From NCBI GenBank assembly GCA_964506795.1, contig CAZDMR010000002.1, positions 77,809 through 141,808 of the forward strand: DNA of 64,000 nt, read 5' to 3'. Below are positions 63,165 to 64,000 of this stretch, one piece after another (position 1 is the first letter of the stretch; the number at the start of each line of letters is the position of its first letter). The notes beneath the pieces are model-generated. The model saw nothing but the letters and a program-made list of their open reading frames with translations, was not told the DNA's origin and made no database searches. The position numbers were made by a program, and so were the translations under genes. Origin of the DNA: an uncultured Acidobacteriota bacterium (GTDB lineage: Bacteria > Acidobacteriota > UBA6911).

Positions 63165-64000
63165 TCAATACCGGTAATGGTCCGGCTTGTAAGGACCTTC
63201 GATTGGAAATCCGATATATTCGGATTGTTTTTTTGTCATCTTTGTCAACTTCACTCCGATTTTCGCGATGTGAAGCCGGGCAACCTCCTCATCCAGTTTC
63301 TTGGGCAGCCGGTACACGGCGGGCTTGTATTCGAAACGATGGCTCCAGAGATCCATCTGGGCGAGGCACTGGTTGGTGAAGGAGTTGGACATAACGAAAC
63401 TCGGATGTCCTTCGGCGCAGCCCAGGTTCACCAGACGGCCTTCCGCGAGCATATAAATACTGCGCTTGCCGGGCAAATCATAGCGGTCGACCTGAGGCTT
63501 GATGTTAACTTTTCTGACGCCGCGGGCCCGGTTCAGGCGTTCCACTTGGATTTCATTGTCAAAGTGGCCGATATTGCAAACGATGGCCTGGTCTTTCATT
63601 TTCAGCATATGCTCCAGCGTAATGACGTCGCAATTGCCGGTTGCGGTGACAAAAATATCGGCCTCGCCGAGGGCGTCTTCGACGCGCGCCACTTCGAATC
63701 CTTCCATCGATGCCTGCAGCGCGTTGATGGGATCGATTTCCGTGACGATCACGCGCGCTCCGAAGCCCCGGAGGGAATGGGCGCTTCCCTTGCCCACGTC
63801 GCCGTAGCCGCATACCACCGCCGTCTTCCCCGCGATCATGACCCCAAGGGCTCGCTTCAGACCGTCGGCGAGCGACTCGCGGCAGCCGTAGAGGTTGTCG
63901 AATTTCGATTTGGTGACCGAATCGTTGACGTTCATGGCGGGAAAAAGAAGCGTTCCGGCTTCGAGCCTTTGATATAGGCGGTGGACGCCGGTGGTGGTTT
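63165..64000 (-). CDS. ahcY: adenosylhomocysteinase (partial; N-terminal part beyond window end)
   Basis: NAD-binding [14 protein letters not shown], and C-terminal [13 protein letters not shown] tail characteristic of SAH hydrolase; ORF runs off the right edge. Confidence 0.9.
   Translation of the reverse strand, partial: TTTGVHRLYQRLEAGTLLFPAMNVNDSVTKSKFDNLYGCRESLADGLKRALGVMIAGKTAVVCGYGDVGKGSAHSLRGFGARVIVTEIDPINALQASMEGFEVARVEDALGEADIFVTATGNCDVITLEHMLKMKDQAIVCNIGHFDNEIQVERLNRARGVRKVNIKPQVDRYDLPGKRSIYMLAEGRLVNLGCAEGHPSFVMSNSFTNQCLAQMDLWSHRFEYKPAVYRLPKKLDEEVARLHIAKIGVKLTKMTKKQSEYIGFPIEGPYKPDHYRY

Overview
High-GC bacterial chromosomal segment covering the replication-origin neighbourhood, with no rRNA, tRNA, CRISPR or mobile-element genes detected. 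Gene content (sigma-54 regulation, NrfD/FeS/multiheme cytochrome modules, DUF169, corrinoid protein) suggests an anaerobic Deltaproteobacteria/Desulfobacterota-like lineage; this is inference. The left third holds the syntenic core, all on the minus strand: rpsA-sppA-ihfB-HIT, then dnaA-dnaN-recF-gyrB-gyrA-rpsU. DnaA-box clusters lie on both sides of dnaA (candidate bipartite oriC). The plus strand carries hpt, a DUF169 gene and a convergent purine nucleoside phosphorylase. The rest is accessory-like and contains several modules. (1) A cytoplasmic molybdopterin oxidoreductase with a small 4Fe-4S subunit and a corrinoid protein, next to a CYTH protein, dapF, a divergent thymidylate-synthase-family protein, a family III CoA-transferase, a ketopantoate-reductase-like protein and a fused ADP-forming acyl-CoA synthetase. 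(2) A secreted 5'-nucleotidase with an upstream wHTH-nucleotidyltransferase-like gene. (3) An SLC13/TrkA-C transporter, an orphan GroES and a Trx-Grx fusion. (4) A membrane redox module: Tat FeS protein, NrfD-like protein and a membrane-anchored GcvH-like protein, convergent with a triplicated hexaheme cytochrome c. (5) A GT-C glycosyltransferase. (6) A sigma-54 activator interrupted by an in-frame TAG, beside an RND efflux operon with a sigma-54-type promoter. (7) An amino-sugar cluster (LarA-like, GH3, ROK-like kinase, LmbE deacetylase, methyltransferase, LTA-synthase-like sulfatase, nagB, glmM, standalone LbH acyltransferase), ending in a partial ahcY. No single planted defence island is obvious. 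The findings most worth a second look are the membrane redox module (GcvH-like/NrfD/FeS with hexaheme cytochrome), the amber-interrupted regulator, the IR-flanked element upstream of the acyl-CoA synthetase gene, the ThyA-like protein and a cysteine-rich small protein.
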